A DNA stretch of 64,000 bases from Polyangiaceae bacterium (GCA_965222375.1 CBDCTZ010000015.1:992001-1056000), one strand, 5' to 3'. Shown: positions 1 to 10,845, numbered from the stretch's first letter. Made by a program: numbers and translations. The notes: generated by a model from the letters alone, not told the origin.

Positions 1-393
1 TCATTCATCACTGCCGCCGTCTCGGGCGGCCTGCAGGATGCGCCGATGGCGTCGGTGTCGTTTTGGAACCACAGCACTCGGGGTGCGGCGGCGCTGCTGG
101 TCACCCTTGTTGGCATGCTGACTCTATTCCTGCTGCCACAGTCGCGCTTGTTCCGGGCGTCAGCTTGCATGCCCTTGCGGCTGGTGGGACGGCATGCGCT
201 CTTCGTCTACGTATTCCACCTGTGCGCTCTGGGCGTGGTCGACGCCAGTGGCCTCAATCCGCCTAGCGCGGCCATCAGCTGGGGCCTGGTGGCCGCGCTA
301 TTCGGGACGGGAGTGGTGCTGTCGATCGCTCTGGAGCGTCTGCCGGCCATCGGGGCACGAGCGCAAGAACGCAACTCGGCCCCGAATCCATGA
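1..393 (+). CDS. 3' part of a membrane protein (acyltransferase/DUF1624/OpgC-like), truncated by the window edge
   Basis: Frame open from base 1; hydrophobic helices and a 'LRLVGRHALFVYVFHL' motif typical of these families. Confidence 0.5.
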   Translation, partial: SFITAAVSGGLQDAPMASVSFWNHSTRGAAALLVTLVGMLTLFLLPQSRLFRASACMPLRLVGRHALFVYVFHLCALGVVDASGLNPPSAAISWGLVAALFGTGVVLSIALERLPAIGARAQERNSAPNP

Positions 394-440
394 CCGAGGA
401 GCGGGACGCCTGCCCGTCAGGGCCGGCGTCCCCAGCCGCG

Positions 441-2150
441 TCACCTTTGCCGGCGTTGATACTCCTTGTCCAAGATCTTGCCGGCAACGTCGCGCCCGCC
501 GAGGCCGAACGCCAGGGCAGCCGCTAGGCACACCGCGCCCAAGATCAGCGCAAAGGCGATGGCAATCAGCTGACGCCCCACGCCGAGTTGTTGCATGGCC
601 ATCATGCCGGCGAACGCGACAATGGCTACGTGGGCGATCGTTCCGAGGGACTTCGCAATTCGGTCCTGACTGTTGCGAGTCATCTCGTCCACTCGCGCAT
701 GAGACCAGCGACCGGCCCAGAGGCCCGCCCCAAGCACTACGACAGCAACGAGAGCGTTGGGCAGATAGGCAATCAGCGAGTCGAGCAACTGCGCCAAACC
801 GGTCAGCCCTGTTGTTGCGAGCACCTGCCGCAAGAAGAGCAGCACGATGAATGTCGCCACGACGACTCCGGCGATGTCCGCGGGCGTGTGGATGCCAACG
901 GAACCGCTGCTGCCCAAGAGCTCGTCGGGTTCGAGGCTGCCGGGCGGGGTCTCGCCCTCTGCGGGCTCTTCGGAGTCGGACTTCGTCTGCCGACGCTGCT
1001 CGAGCAGAGTCTTTGACTGCTGCTCCTGCTGCTTCGCCTCTGCGCTCACGTCCTTGTAGAGGCCAACGTGAACCATCAAGGTGTTGAACCCCATGGCCGC
1101 GAGCAGCCGCGACGCCACGTTTGCTGCCACACGGGCAACCACGACACCGATGGCCATGAGCACCCCGCCCACGAAGAGCTTCGGCAGGTAGACGTAGACC
1201 TGATCGAGCATGAGCCTCAGGGGCGTACTGATCTCTTGGATATCCAAACGCCCGACGGCACTCACGGTGAAGTGGAGCAGGACAAACACCATGGCGACAG
1301 TGCCCAAAATGCCGCTCAGGCTGTGCTCACGGGTCACCTTACCGAAACCAAGGCGCGCAACCGCGCGGTCGACGCCAACACGTGAAAGCACCCCAGACAC
1401 CACCGCTCGCACGACCTTGGCGAGTAGGTAACCGAGGATCAACAGCACCGCGGCGGCGGCGATTTTGGGCAGGTAGGTGGCAACCGAAGAAAATGCCTTG
1501 GACAGCGGGCCTGCCAACACGCCAATCCGCAACGCTTCCAGCACCGGAATCGCTGTTACGACGATGATGAACCAATAGGCCACCTCACCCAGGGTGTGGG
1601 TGATCGGCTCTGCCGCTGCTTTGGACTTCTTCTTCTTCTTGTCGCGAGGTTCTACGGGTGGTGCCTCCTCACCACCGAGGCGCTGCATTCGCTGCTCGAA
1701 CTTGACCTTGGTCAAGAGCGTCACGATCAGCTTGCGGACACCAGTTGCCACGAGGAAGCCGATGAACCCGATCAGCACCGCCTTGGCCAGGTTCGGCACC
1801 GCACCGGCGAAACCATCCAACACCGTGACCAGTGGCGCAGTGACGGCGTTGATCCCCAGGTAGGAGAAAAACGCCACGACCACGAAGGCCAGCAAGACGT
1901 AGTACACGGTCTTCGAGATGATGGTCTCTATACGCGTTCCTGCGTCGCCACCGGTGTCGACTCCGACCGCATCAGCAATCTTGTCGTCCAGGGTCGTGCG
2001 CTTGAGCGCCGCAAACACGGAGCGGGAAATGACGACAGCGGCAAGCCAGCCGCCGATCAGTACGAGCAATGCGATCCCAAGCTTGGGAAGCCTGGGTGCA
2101 ACGCTCTGCCAAAGTTCTTGAAGCCACGGGGCTTTGGCCCATTCAGGCAT
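441..2150 (-). CDS. Mechanosensitive-channel-associated TM_helix repeat protein (CmpX/MscS-like)
   Basis: 569 aa with repeated 'YLPKI/NL..A..lL..G' TM-helix units; ends with 'ALAFGLGGRDVA'. Confidence 0.8.
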   Translation of the reverse strand: MPEWAKAPWLQELWQSVAPRLPKLGIALLVLIGGWLAAVVISRSVFAALKRTTLDDKIADAVGVDTGGDAGTRIETIISKTVYYVLLAFVVVAFFSYLGINAVTAPLVTVLDGFAGAVPNLAKAVLIGFIGFLVATGVRKLIVTLLTKVKFEQRMQRLGGEEAPPVEPRDKKKKKSKAAAEPITHTLGEVAYWFIIVVTAIPVLEALRIGVLAGPLSKAFSSVATYLPKIAAAAVLLILGYLLAKVVRAVVSGVLSRVGVDRAVARLGFGKVTREHSLSGILGTVAMVFVLLHFTVSAVGRLDIQEISTPLRLMLDQVYVYLPKLFVGGVLMAIGVVVARVAANVASRLLAAMGFNTLMVHVGLYKDVSAEAKQQEQQSKTLLEQRRQTKSDSEEPAEGETPPGSLEPDELLGSSGSVGIHTPADIAGVVVATFIVLLFLRQVLATTGLTGLAQLLDSLIAYLPNALVAVVVLGAGLWAGRWSHARVDEMTRNSQDRIAKSLGTIAHVAIVAFAGMMAMQQLGVGRQLIAIAFALILGAVCLAAALAFGLGGRDVAGKILDKEYQRRQR

Positions 2151-2309
2151 GATTCATCCTCCAGTTGTCGTGGGCGGACGGGCAAGGTCGTCTCAAGTGC
2201 AAACCGCATGAGGTGCGCGCTCTTCATCGATGGCGGCCCCTACCCAGCCGGCGCCGGGAGAGTCGCGAAAAACCCCGCGCAATTCAAGGGCGCTAGAACT
2301 GCGGAATGC

Positions 2310-3143
2310 TCAGAAAAGTGCTAGGGTCGCTCGATAGACGCCGAGGATGTTTAGCGGCACGCGATAACCGTGCAGCCCGAAAAGCTCGTCCCCGGGGCTC
2401 GCCACGACTTGGAGCAGGGCCAGGTCCGTGTTGCCACCCCGGGCAGTGATCAGGCCCGGGCGAGTCCCAATCACGCCACCGATCTGCACTTCCCCCTTGC
2501 GCGACTGCCCGCCGGCATCGTCGGTGCGCTCGAAGTTGATGTAGCGGAAGTAGGGACCAACGGCGCCGAAGTCTCGATGTCGATAGAACAGTGTAGCTTC
2601 GTACTTACCGACCAAACCGCTGTCGTGCACGGTCCCGTGGAACCAGTCGAAGGAGTTGTCTTCACGGTCTTCAACTCTAAGTGTCCCCGTGTTGATCATG
2701 AAGAAGGAGTCGAGGGGGATCACGATCCGCGCGCGCCCCTCGTAGTGCCCGAAGCCTTGTGAATTGAAGTTGTCGTCAGACTCGCGATCATTTCGCGCAT
2801 CCAGAGAGCGATCCTCCCCCGGCCCGAAGGTGAGATTCCGGTGCACGTTGCGGTAGCCGACGCTGGCCCCGAGGGTCAACAGAAAAACCCGGATGTCTAC
2901 GTTAGCGCTTCCGTCAACGTAGGGGTAGCTCGCTATTCCCGACAGGCGGGTGTGAAGCATGCTCATGCCCTGCTCCAAATCCGCGCGGTTCTCCAACGAA
3001 GCCTGGACGCCAACCGTATACGCGTCCAGATGCGCGAAGGTGCCGGCGCGGGGAGCGTTCAAGAAGTAGTCGCGTGGCTGCTCTGCGGCTGCGGCACCAC
3101 CCAAGAGCAAGATCGCCGCGCATATCCCCTTCGCGCTCTGCAT
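2310..3143 (-). CDS. Exported hypothetical protein, probably outer-membrane beta-barrel-like
   Basis: ATG at 3143 gives a signal peptide (MQSAKGICAAILLLGGAAAA); amphipathic beta pattern; C-terminal Phe. Confidence 0.6.
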   Translation of the reverse strand: MQSAKGICAAILLLGGAAAAEQPRDYFLNAPRAGTFAHLDAYTVGVQASLENRADLEQGMSMLHTRLSGIASYPYVDGSANVDIRVFLLTLGASVGYRNVHRNLTFGPGEDRSLDARNDRESDDNFNSQGFGHYEGRARIVIPLDSFFMINTGTLRVEDREDNSFDWFHGTVHDSGLVGKYEATLFYRHRDFGAVGPYFRYINFERTDDAGGQSRKGEVQIGGVIGTRPGLITARGGNTDLALLQVVASPGDELFGLHGYRVPLNILGVYRATLALF

Positions 3144-3220
3144 AGAACCGAGGGTAGTGCGCCCCGGTGACGATAGGCGAGGGAAATGAACGGACCATTG
3201 CGCCTTTTTGGGCTGCGGTC

Positions 3221-3940
3221 TCAGCGGTCGTCGGTTTCCGCGTGCAACACGCGGTCGCCGAAGCGCAGCTCCCAAGCGACGACTCGCGCCACGAGCACCG
3301 GGTAGCGGCGGGTACGAGCACCACGGGGCTTCCACAACGCACGGAACCTCAGGGCTTCTGGCTTGGCGCGGATCTCGTCGAGAAGCTTCGCATCGGTCGG
3401 CGCATCGAATAGCCAGGTGTGTTTCTTGCGCAGCTGCGGGCTGCCGGTACCAGCGTTCACGCGAGGCTTGTGACGCACCAGAAAGAGCTGCTGTCCGATA
3501 TCCAAGGGCCAGACCCAGCGGAACGCTGCGGGGCTGCCTGCGCCGTCATCGAGGTAGACGCCGTCACGGCGCGTACCCAGCTTCACCGGGAGCTCCATCA
3601 GGAATGTGCGTTTGCGCAGCGCAGCGCGTTGGGTCTCCGCACTTTGCGCAGGAGGCGGCGCCGCCCGAAAGTGATCCCGGAACTTCTGGGGTGAGAGGCG
3701 AGTGTAGAAAGCACGCATCTGCCGTCGCTCGAGTTGCGTTGGCGCTTTGGCGGTGTTCCAAGGCAGCAAGGCGGTCGATTTGGGCTTCGCCTTAGGCTCG
3801 GCGCCCACCGGAGTCGGAGGTGCAATCGGGCTGGGTGGGACGGACTTGGGTTGCTCGAGGGGAGCCCGCTCTTCCACGATGGCCGTGGGGCGATCGCAGG
3901 CGGCACACAGAAGCAGCGAAGTCAGCAGCAGCCGAAACAC
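3221..3940 (-). CDS. Hypothetical lipoprotein
   Basis: Signal peptide with lipobox-like 'CAAC', then a Pro-rich linker. Confidence 0.6.
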   Translation of the reverse strand: MFRLLLTSLLLCAACDRPTAIVEERAPLEQPKSVPPSPIAPPTPVGAEPKAKPKSTALLPWNTAKAPTQLERRQMRAFYTRLSPQKFRDHFRAAPPPAQSAETQRAALRKRTFLMELPVKLGTRRDGVYLDDGAGSPAAFRWVWPLDIGQQLFLVRHKPRVNAGTGSPQLRKKHTWLFDAPTDAKLLDEIRAKPEALRFRALWKPRGARTRRYPVLVARVVAWELRFGDRVLHAETDDR

Positions 3941-4284
3941 GCGGAGAGCCTAGCGCAACCTGCCAAAGGACGGTGAGGGCCGCCTCACCGGTCGCAATTG
4001 CAATCGAATCCTTCCCCCTTGACGCCCCCCTGGCCAGGTACGCACACGTTGTTCTTGGGGTCAAACCGCAGCCGCACCCCGCAACTGACTCCAAAAAGCC
4101 GTCACTCTGACCCCTCGGCATGCGCAGCGTGCGCTGTTCCCCAACTGCTCGCAATCAATCAAAAGACCGCCACAAGCCAGGGTCAGCGCACACCCGTGCA
4201 GTGGGAGTCTTCTGGCACTGCTGACGCGGCGCGTCGCAAAGCGATACCGGGGTATTTCCCCGCATGCTACGCTGGATTTGATTT

Positions 4285-5799
4285 ATGGCGGACACCCTCC
4301 AGGGCTCTCGGGATTCAGTCCCGCCGTCACGACCGTCGCTTACCTATACCTTGGAAGTCGGCGCTGTCGTTGCCGACAAGTACAAGCTGATCGAAGCGCT
4401 AGGCCAGGGTGGCATGGCGGCCGTGTGGCGAGCGCACAACGAGCTGCTCGATGTGGACGTCGCAATCAAGTTCATTCGCGCCGACTTGGCGCACCCCGGG
4501 TTGACAAGTCGCCTGTTGCAGGAGGCCCGCGCGACTGCGCGAATCGAGCACCCGGCCATCGTTCGAGTCTCGGATTTCGGCAAGACCCGAGTCGGCGATC
4601 CCTACATCGTGATGGAGCTTCTGCGCGGGAAGGATCTCGGCGAGGTTCTGCGCGCTAACGGCCCGGGGCCCGCGATCCAGACAGTGCAGACCCTGCTACC
4701 AATCGCCAACGGCCTGGTGGTCGCGCACAGCAAAGGCATCGTGCATCGGGATCTGAAGCCCGACAATGTGTTCCTGGCAGAGAAGGATGGCGGCAAGGTC
4801 CAACCCAAGCTCGTCGATTTCGGAATCGCCAAGCTGGAAAAGCCCGATGAGGCGCGCTTGACCCAAGTTGGCGCCGCCATGGGCAGCCCCGCGTACATGT
4901 CGCCAGAGCAGGCTCGCGGCAAGGATGTCGACGCTCGAGCAGACATTTGGTCGTACTCGGTGATGTTGTACGAGGCCTTGTGCGGGAAGCTGCCGTTCGA
5001 TGGCGGCACGCAAGCTGCACTGGTCTGCGCGATTCTCGAGACCGACCCGGTCCCGCTCACGGAAATGAACATTGGCGACGCCGCTCTTTGGGCAGTCGTC
5101 GAGCGGGGGCTACGCAAGGATCCCGAACTACGCTGGCAAACCATGCAGGAAATGGGCGGCGCGCTAGCGCGCTGGCTGATGGCAAAAGACGCCAAAGCTG
5201 ACATCGCTGGCAACCCCCTGGTTTCAACCTGGAGCGAGTTTGCGGAGCCTGCCCAGAGCATCCGGGTGGGCGCGAAGGAGTTCTCGGACGCAGACGCGGA
5301 GGGACGAACCGCGGTTGCGACTCAGCTTTCGTTCCAAAACAAGGCCGCTCGCGGACGGGCGTCGGAGCGCGCCAGGAAGAGCAATCGATCGTTGCTCCTC
5401 GCCGGGCTGGGTTTCGCAGCGGTCGTCTTGGTGACCGTGCCCGTTCTGTATGTCGCGCTCAGTCGCCGAGCGGCCTCCGATGTCGAGCCCGACGTCGTGT
5501 CAGTCGCGGCGAGCACGCCTGCGACGGCAACCGCCACGGCACCCCGGGAGCAGCCCCCAGCCGTGGCCACCGCGAAGCCTGCCGCGAGCCTGCCCACTCC
5601 GCCTGCGTCGGCAAGCGCGGAGCCCGAAGAGCCAAGACTGCCGAAAGCCGTCGCGGCGAAGCGGCCACCACGGGTCTCCAAGAAGAAACCCAGACCTCGT
5701 CCCACAGCCAAACCGAAGCCCGCGGCGAAACCCGAACCCAACGCGCCGCCCCCGCCCAAACCGCAGCCCGGGGAGCTCGATCTCAAGACGACGCTATGA
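4285..5799 (+). CDS. Hanks-type Ser/Thr protein kinase with TM helix and Pro/Lys-rich tail
   Basis: LGQGGMAAV, VAIK, HRDLKPDN, DFGIAK, YMSPEQ, DIWS motifs; TM near aa 370-392. Confidence 0.95.
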   Translation: MADTLQGSRDSVPPSRPSLTYTLEVGAVVADKYKLIEALGQGGMAAVWRAHNELLDVDVAIKFIRADLAHPGLTSRLLQEARATARIEHPAIVRVSDFGKTRVGDPYIVMELLRGKDLGEVLRANGPGPAIQTVQTLLPIANGLVVAHSKGIVHRDLKPDNVFLAEKDGGKVQPKLVDFGIAKLEKPDEARLTQVGAAMGSPAYMSPEQARGKDVDARADIWSYSVMLYEALCGKLPFDGGTQAALVCAILETDPVPLTEMNIGDAALWAVVERGLRKDPELRWQTMQEMGGALARWLMAKDAKADIAGNPLVSTWSEFAEPAQSIRVGAKEFSDADAEGRTAVATQLSFQNKAARGRASERARKSNRSLLLAGLGFAAVVLVTVPVLYVALSRRAASDVEPDVVSVAASTPATATATAPREQPPAVATAKPAASLPTPPASASAEPEEPRLPKAVAAKRPPRVSKKKPRPRPTAKPKPAAKPEPNAPPPPKPQPGELDLKTTL

Positions 5800-6841
5800 A
5801 CTATCTTCGCGCAGTTCGGGTGGGGACCGCAGTAGCGCTGGGAGTGACAGTTCTATCACTTTCCCCACCAAGTGGGGCGCAGGAGTCGGGACAGACAGCG
5901 GCTGCCGTCAGCGAAGCGAAGTCCCGCGCCCAAGTCACTTCAAGCGCGGAATCGAAGCCTACAAGTCGGGTCGCTACAAGGACGCCATCGACTCGTTCTT
6001 GGACGCCCACCGGGAATTCCCGAGCCCCACCCTGAGCTTCAACGCCGCGCTGGCCTACGAGAAGCTCAAGGACAGCGCGGGGTCGCTGCGCTTCTACCGT
6101 GAATACCTACGGCAGAAGCCCGACGCCCAAGACAAGGCCACGGTGCAAGCCCGGATCGTAGAGCACGAGAAACGTTTGAAGGCCCGCGGCGTGCAGCAGG
6201 TGTCCATCCTGAGTATTCCAGAGGCCGCCACGGTGATCATCGACGACCAACCCGTGGGAGTGACCCCCTGGACCGGTGAGATCTTTCCGGGGCGCCACGC
6301 GCTGCGCCTACGCCGCGAGGGCTACGCTGACGTCACACAGGAATTCGAATTGCCTGAGCACAAGGCGATCGATATCAGCGTAACCCTGGAGCTAGCCCGG
6401 GATGCAACTCCTGCGGGCGCCTCAGATGCCGCACCAGCATCCTCCGGCGCGAGCAGCAGCTCCGCATCTGCAGATGCCGGCGTCGACCAAAAGGGTCTGG
6501 CCAAGGTCACCCTCCCCACTTGGGTGACGCTAGGAGCCGGGGCCGCGGTCTTGGGCACCGCTGGAGCCTTCGAACTGATGCGCAAGTCCGCGCAGGACGA
6601 CGTCGAGAACGAGCGCACTCAAGTCGCCCGCCACGACGCCTTTGACCGAATGGAGTCACGCCAAACCGTCGCCCGAGTTTTGGCTGGCGTCGGGGGCGCA
6701 GCGGTGCTGGTCGGCGGCGTGTTGCTCTACTTCGATTTGACTCGAAAGTCCGACAAGTCCGCTGGCGCGATATCCGGCACGTGGGGCCAAGCGGGTTGCA
6801 CGAACCTTGGCTGTAGCGCGGAATTGGGAGGCCGCTTCTGA
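5796..6841 (+). pseudogene. TPR/PEGA-domain exported protein with an apparent 1-bp frameshift at ~5936
   Basis: ATG 5796 overlaps the kinase stop (ATGA) and encodes a signal peptide up to ...KSRAQV; the TPR (HFKRGIEAYKSGRYKDA) and PEGA (SIPEAATVIIDDQPVGVTP) domains continue in the -1 frame from 5936. Confidence 0.8.
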
Positions 6842-9075
6842 TGCATGCACGACCCCTTCGCAACGCCTTGCGCGCTCTTTCGTTGGTCCTTGGTGCATGG
6901 TTCGCGAGCGGAGCCGGCTGCGCCGCCCCGGATCTGAACGACGCGCTGGGTTCGGGCGAGTGCAGCCCGAGTGGGGAGTGCGCCCCGGGATTCGTGTGCG
7001 ACAGGAATACCAATCAATGCGTCAGCAGTCTCGGCAGCGGCGATGGCGGTCCGGGTTGCGGCGCGGGCTGTGGCGCCGGCAAAGAGTGCTGCGACAACGC
7101 TTGCGTCGACGTGTCCATCGACCCAAGCAACTGTGGCGCGTGCGGCCTAAGCTGCCCCGGCACTACTTGCAACGGAACTTGCACCAGTGACTGCGCCGGA
7201 TCGAACGCCAACTGCAACGCAAACCTTGCGGACGGTTGCGAAGTCCAGACGGCATTGGACCGTTTGCACTGCGGAGCCTGCGCCAATGCCTGTCCGGACG
7301 TCGAGAACGGTTCGCCCAGCTGCACCATCGGCACCTGCGGCACGGATTGCGATCCAGGCTTCACCGCCTGCGACGATGCCTGTGTCGACACCCAATCCGA
7401 TCCGCTCAACTGCGGTGCGTGTGGCAATACTTGTGAAACGGGACGAGTGTGTAGCGAAGGCGCTTGCTCTGACACTTGCGCATCGGGGCTCACCAAGTGC
7501 GGCGCGTCCTGCGTCGACGTAGACGACGACACGGCGCACTGCGGCGGGTGCGGGCAGAACTGCGTTCCGCCCACCAACAGCGCCGGCACCTGCACTGCAG
7601 GCAAGTGTGGATTCACCTGCGATAGCGGTTTCGACCGTTGCGACGGCGCCTGTGCCGACCTGACCCGTGATGTAGACAACTGCGGTACTTGCGGCACGGC
7701 TTGTCCCGCGCCAGCCCCAGGCACCGGCGTCGCCTCCTGCACCGACAGCAAGTGTGGGCTGCTCTGCAACGACGGATTCTCCGAATGCAGCGGTCAATGC
7801 GTCGATACAAATGCGAATGCTGCGCACTGTGGCGCTTGCGGCAACGCCTGCACGTCCGGGGAAGTGTGCCAGGCGGGCAAGTGCGAGTCATCCTGCGGCG
7901 CCGGCACGACGAACTGCGGGGGCGCCTGTGTCGACACGCAGACTTCACTTTCCCACTGCGGCGCTTGCGGCAACTCCTGTTCCGCCGGCGCCAATGGAAG
8001 CCCAACCTGCAAAGCCGGCAAGTGCGGGCTAACCTGCAACTCGGGGTTCGGCAACTGTGACGGCGACCCGAAGACGGGTTGCGAGGCCAACCTCCAGACC
8101 GACGCGAACAATTGCAACAAGTGCCACGCGGACTGTCCGGACACCGCTGGACCCCAGGGCTTTCCTGTGTGTAATAGCGGCAGCTGTGAACTGCGCTGCA
8201 ATACCGGTTACGACCTGTGCAGCGGCACCTGCGTCAATCAGCAGACGGACCCGACAAATTGTGGAGTCTGCGGGAAGGTCTGTGCCAAAGGCGAAGTCTG
8301 CAACAGTGGCACGTGCAAACTGAACTGCACCGGGAGCCAGACGCCATGCAGCGGCAAGTGCGTGGACCTCACGATCGATCCAAGCAACTGTGGCAGTTGC
8401 GGAAAAGTCTGCCCACCGGGCCCCCCGCAGAGCACGCCAGAGTGTGTGAATGGCAAGTGCGGGTTCAAGTGCAACACGGGGCTTTCTCGGTGTGGTGGGC
8501 AATGCGTAGACACCAGCACCAACTTGAAGCACTGCGGTGCATGCAATGCATCCTGTTCGGCACCCAACGCCACTGGAACCTGCAGCGGGGGCTCCTGCAC
8601 GCTCAACTGCATCGCTCCGTACGACGACTGCAATGGCGACCTCTACTCGAGCGCTGGAAATGGCTGCGAGAGCAATCTCAATACCAACATCGACAGATGC
8701 GGCTCGTGCACGCGAGCGTGCAGCAGTTCCAACGTGAACACACGGCTGTGTGACGGCGGCTTGTGCACATCTACATGCAAAAGCGGCTTTGGCAACTGCA
8801 CCAAGCCAGCAGCACCCACGGCCGACAACGGTTGCGAATGCGTTGGAAGCTGCGGCGGCACGAACGGCACGACCTGCTTTGGCGGAACCGGCGGCGGCAC
8901 CGGCGGGGTGCCTGGCACGGGCGGCATTCCGACTACCGGCGGTTTCGGCGGAACCGGCGGTTTCGGCGGCACGGGCGCAACCGGCGGCGGAGGCACGGGC
9001 GGCAGCGGTGGCACTTCTGGCGCTGGTGGCAGTGGCGGCGTCGGCCCTGGCGGCGTCGGCGCGTCTGGCACCTAG
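6841..9075 (+). CDS. Cys-rich repeat surface lipoprotein (myxobacterial CVD..D..NCGACG repeats) with Gly/Thr tail
   Basis: Lipobox-like 'GAGC'; more than 10 'C.D...D..[NH]CG.CG..C' repeats; start overlaps the upstream stop. Confidence 0.85.
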   Translation: MHARPLRNALRALSLVLGAWFASGAGCAAPDLNDALGSGECSPSGECAPGFVCDRNTNQCVSSLGSGDGGPGCGAGCGAGKECCDNACVDVSIDPSNCGACGLSCPGTTCNGTCTSDCAGSNANCNANLADGCEVQTALDRLHCGACANACPDVENGSPSCTIGTCGTDCDPGFTACDDACVDTQSDPLNCGACGNTCETGRVCSEGACSDTCASGLTKCGASCVDVDDDTAHCGGCGQNCVPPTNSAGTCTAGKCGFTCDSGFDRCDGACADLTRDVDNCGTCGTACPAPAPGTGVASCTDSKCGLLCNDGFSECSGQCVDTNANAAHCGACGNACTSGEVCQAGKCESSCGAGTTNCGGACVDTQTSLSHCGACGNSCSAGANGSPTCKAGKCGLTCNSGFGNCDGDPKTGCEANLQTDANNCNKCHADCPDTAGPQGFPVCNSGSCELRCNTGYDLCSGTCVNQQTDPTNCGVCGKVCAKGEVCNSGTCKLNCTGSQTPCSGKCVDLTIDPSNCGSCGKVCPPGPPQSTPECVNGKCGFKCNTGLSRCGGQCVDTSTNLKHCGACNASCSAPNATGTCSGGSCTLNCIAPYDDCNGDLYSSAGNGCESNLNTNIDRCGSCTRACSSSNVNTRLCDGGLCTSTCKSGFGNCTKPAAPTADNGCECVGSCGGTNGTTCFGGTGGGTGGVPGTGGIPTTGGFGGTGGFGGTGATGGGGTGGSGGTSGAGGSGGVGPGGVGASGT

Positions 9076-9692
9076 CGACGCTGCACGACCACCACCCGCG
9101 TCGTGAAACGCCGATCCGTGGCGGCGCTAGCGCGGTAGCCCAGCCCCAGGGCCTCCATGCGCTCCGCAGAAACACCCTCGCGGCGCCACAACTGACGGAA
9201 GACCGCGTCAGCGCGGCGCTGGGTGGAAAAGACAACTGCACGAGCGCGCGCCGCGCTCTTTTTCGGATTGTGATGGGTCGCAACCTCGATCCGAATCAGG
9301 AGGATGCTCGGATCATCCCGCATGATCTTCCCGACGGCACCAATCACAGAGCGTGCGGGCTCCTTTGGAACCCGATACGCGGGATTGAACGCCACCTCGT
9401 GCCGCAGGTGGATTCGCGAGGAATCACAAGAGAGTCGCGCAAGGTCGTCACCGGACAGCACATCACTGCACTCCAGAGCTGCATCAACCGCCACGCTGTC
9501 CGCGCCTGCATCTCCTGCGCTACGCGGCTCACCGTCCCGGTCAGACCGCTCGCCCGCGTCGGAAAGCTCTTCCACCTGCCCTGGCGGTGTGCGCCACTCG
9601 ATAGGCCGGGACGGCGGCGGCACGGTCGGGCCGGGCCCGCACGCCGCGAGACAGCCCACCAGACTCGCTCCAAAGATACGCCCAAAACCCAT
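9072..9692 (-). CDS. OmpA-like peptidoglycan-binding lipoprotein
   Basis: Lipobox LAAC; 'STQRRADAV...GVSAERMEALGLG' resembles the OmpA_C motif. Confidence 0.65.
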   Translation of the reverse strand: MGFGRIFGASLVGCLAACGPGPTVPPPSRPIEWRTPPGQVEELSDAGERSDRDGEPRSAGDAGADSVAVDAALECSDVLSGDDLARLSCDSSRIHLRHEVAFNPAYRVPKEPARSVIGAVGKIMRDDPSILLIRIEVATHHNPKKSAARARAVVFSTQRRADAVFRQLWRREGVSAERMEALGLGYRASAATDRRFTTRVVVVQRR

Positions 9693-9828
9693 CGTAAACC
9701 CAAGCGGAATGGCTGCAGGATAGTCACAACTTAGCTTGAGTTTCGCGGGCTTCGCCCCGCGGCTTTCGGATTGAGTGGTTTTCGGAAGACGCGGAATGAT
9801 TTAGCGTGCCTCGGTCTGGAGGAGAGCA

Positions 9829-10635
9829 ATGTTGACCTCGAATGCATCATGTAGCCTGTCGAAGTTCGTCGGTTTCCTAGCCCTGCTGTGCCTGGTTTTC
9901 ACCAGCATGCCAGCGGAAGCAGCCGGGCGCGTGCAGTGGGTCAAGAAGACCATCAAGGAAAGCAGCAGCGGTGGCTCCTGGAAGCTTGCGATAAAGGTGT
10001 ACCTGTCCGCGCCTCCAGGCACCGCGCACCTCCCGGTCAAGTTCGAGTTCAAGCCTATCGCCTACTACGAGCGCGCAATGGTAGACGGCGACAAGCTGGT
10101 GGAGCGCCGGGTACCCCTCGTTGGTCGACAGGACATCATCGAGAGCGTCGACCTCGGTTTCATGGACCCCGGCACGGGCAAGCTCGAAAAGCGGACCAAG
10201 TTCAGCTTCAAGGTCACTCGAGCTCACGGCTTCGAAGCGGGCGAGTACAAGGTCGGGATCCGAAACGCGCGCAACGGCCGATTGATTGGCAGAGTCACGA
10301 CCATCAAGCTTGAAGGCGAGAACGAAGTCATCGATCGGCGCGCCATGGTCTTCGCGTCGGGCAAGAAGAAGGACGACAAGAAGAAGGACGACCCAGCTCC
10401 GGAAGAGGGTAGTGAGGGAACCGGGGAAGGCTCGTCCGAGGAGGGCGCGGAGCCGGAGCCAGAACCCGAACCCATGGACGAAGAAGGCCTGGGCGAAGAT
10501 CCTCCCCAAGAGATCAAAGAGAAGCCCGGCGGCTGCGGTTGCCGAGTAGAAGCCACCCGCGGCCCATCGCACGGTGCGTGGGCGTTGCTCTCTTTGGGCA
10601 TCGTCTTGCTACGCCGACGTCGGCGTCGCGCCTGA
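9829..10635 (+). CDS. Exported protein with C-terminal MYXO-CTERM sorting signal
   Basis: Signal peptide ending AEA; acidic linker; 'GGCGCRV...WALLSLGIVLLRRRRRRA'. Confidence 0.85.
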   Translation: MLTSNASCSLSKFVGFLALLCLVFTSMPAEAAGRVQWVKKTIKESSSGGSWKLAIKVYLSAPPGTAHLPVKFEFKPIAYYERAMVDGDKLVERRVPLVGRQDIIESVDLGFMDPGTGKLEKRTKFSFKVTRAHGFEAGEYKVGIRNARNGRLIGRVTTIKLEGENEVIDRRAMVFASGKKKDDKKKDDPAPEEGSEGTGEGSSEEGAEPEPEPEPMDEEGLGEDPPQEIKEKPGGCGCRVEATRGPSHGAWALLSLGIVLLRRRRRRA

Positions 10636-10763
10636 CACCGCGGGCGCCACGTCACTGCCCACGCGTGGCCCATCTCTAGAGTAGTGACCTTGCGGCGCGC
10701 AGCGTCGCACCCCGTCGGGTATCCCGCAGCGGGTCACAAGCGCGTCGACCCTACATAAACGGG

Positions 10764-10790
10764 AAACAAACTCGGGGCCACGGTGGCCCC
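10764..10790 (-). terminator. Rho-independent terminator for the 10846-12774 gene
   Basis: GGGGCCA/TGGCCCC stem at 10774-10790 followed on the minus strand by GAGTTTGTTT; a second hairpin CACGCC/GGCGTG at 10791-10807. Confidence 0.55.
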
Positions 10791-10845
10791 CACGCCGAGT
10801 AGGCGTGATCCCCCAGGCCCGTGGAGCCCGGGGGCCGCTTGCGAC

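Noticed and set aside
4050..4260. c-di-GMP-I riboswitch or other ncRNA upstream of the kinase
   Set aside because: Only scattered CAAAC/GCAAAGC words; no GNRA tetraloop/receptor architecture could be built by eye
5450..5935. N-terminal extension of the 463-aa ORF
   Set aside because: Overlaps the kinase out of frame and is Arg/Ser/Pro noise; the real start is 5796 with a frameshift
6841..9075. Multiheme cytochrome
   Set aside because: Only one CxxCH (CNKCH) among dozens of CxxC disulfide-type repeats
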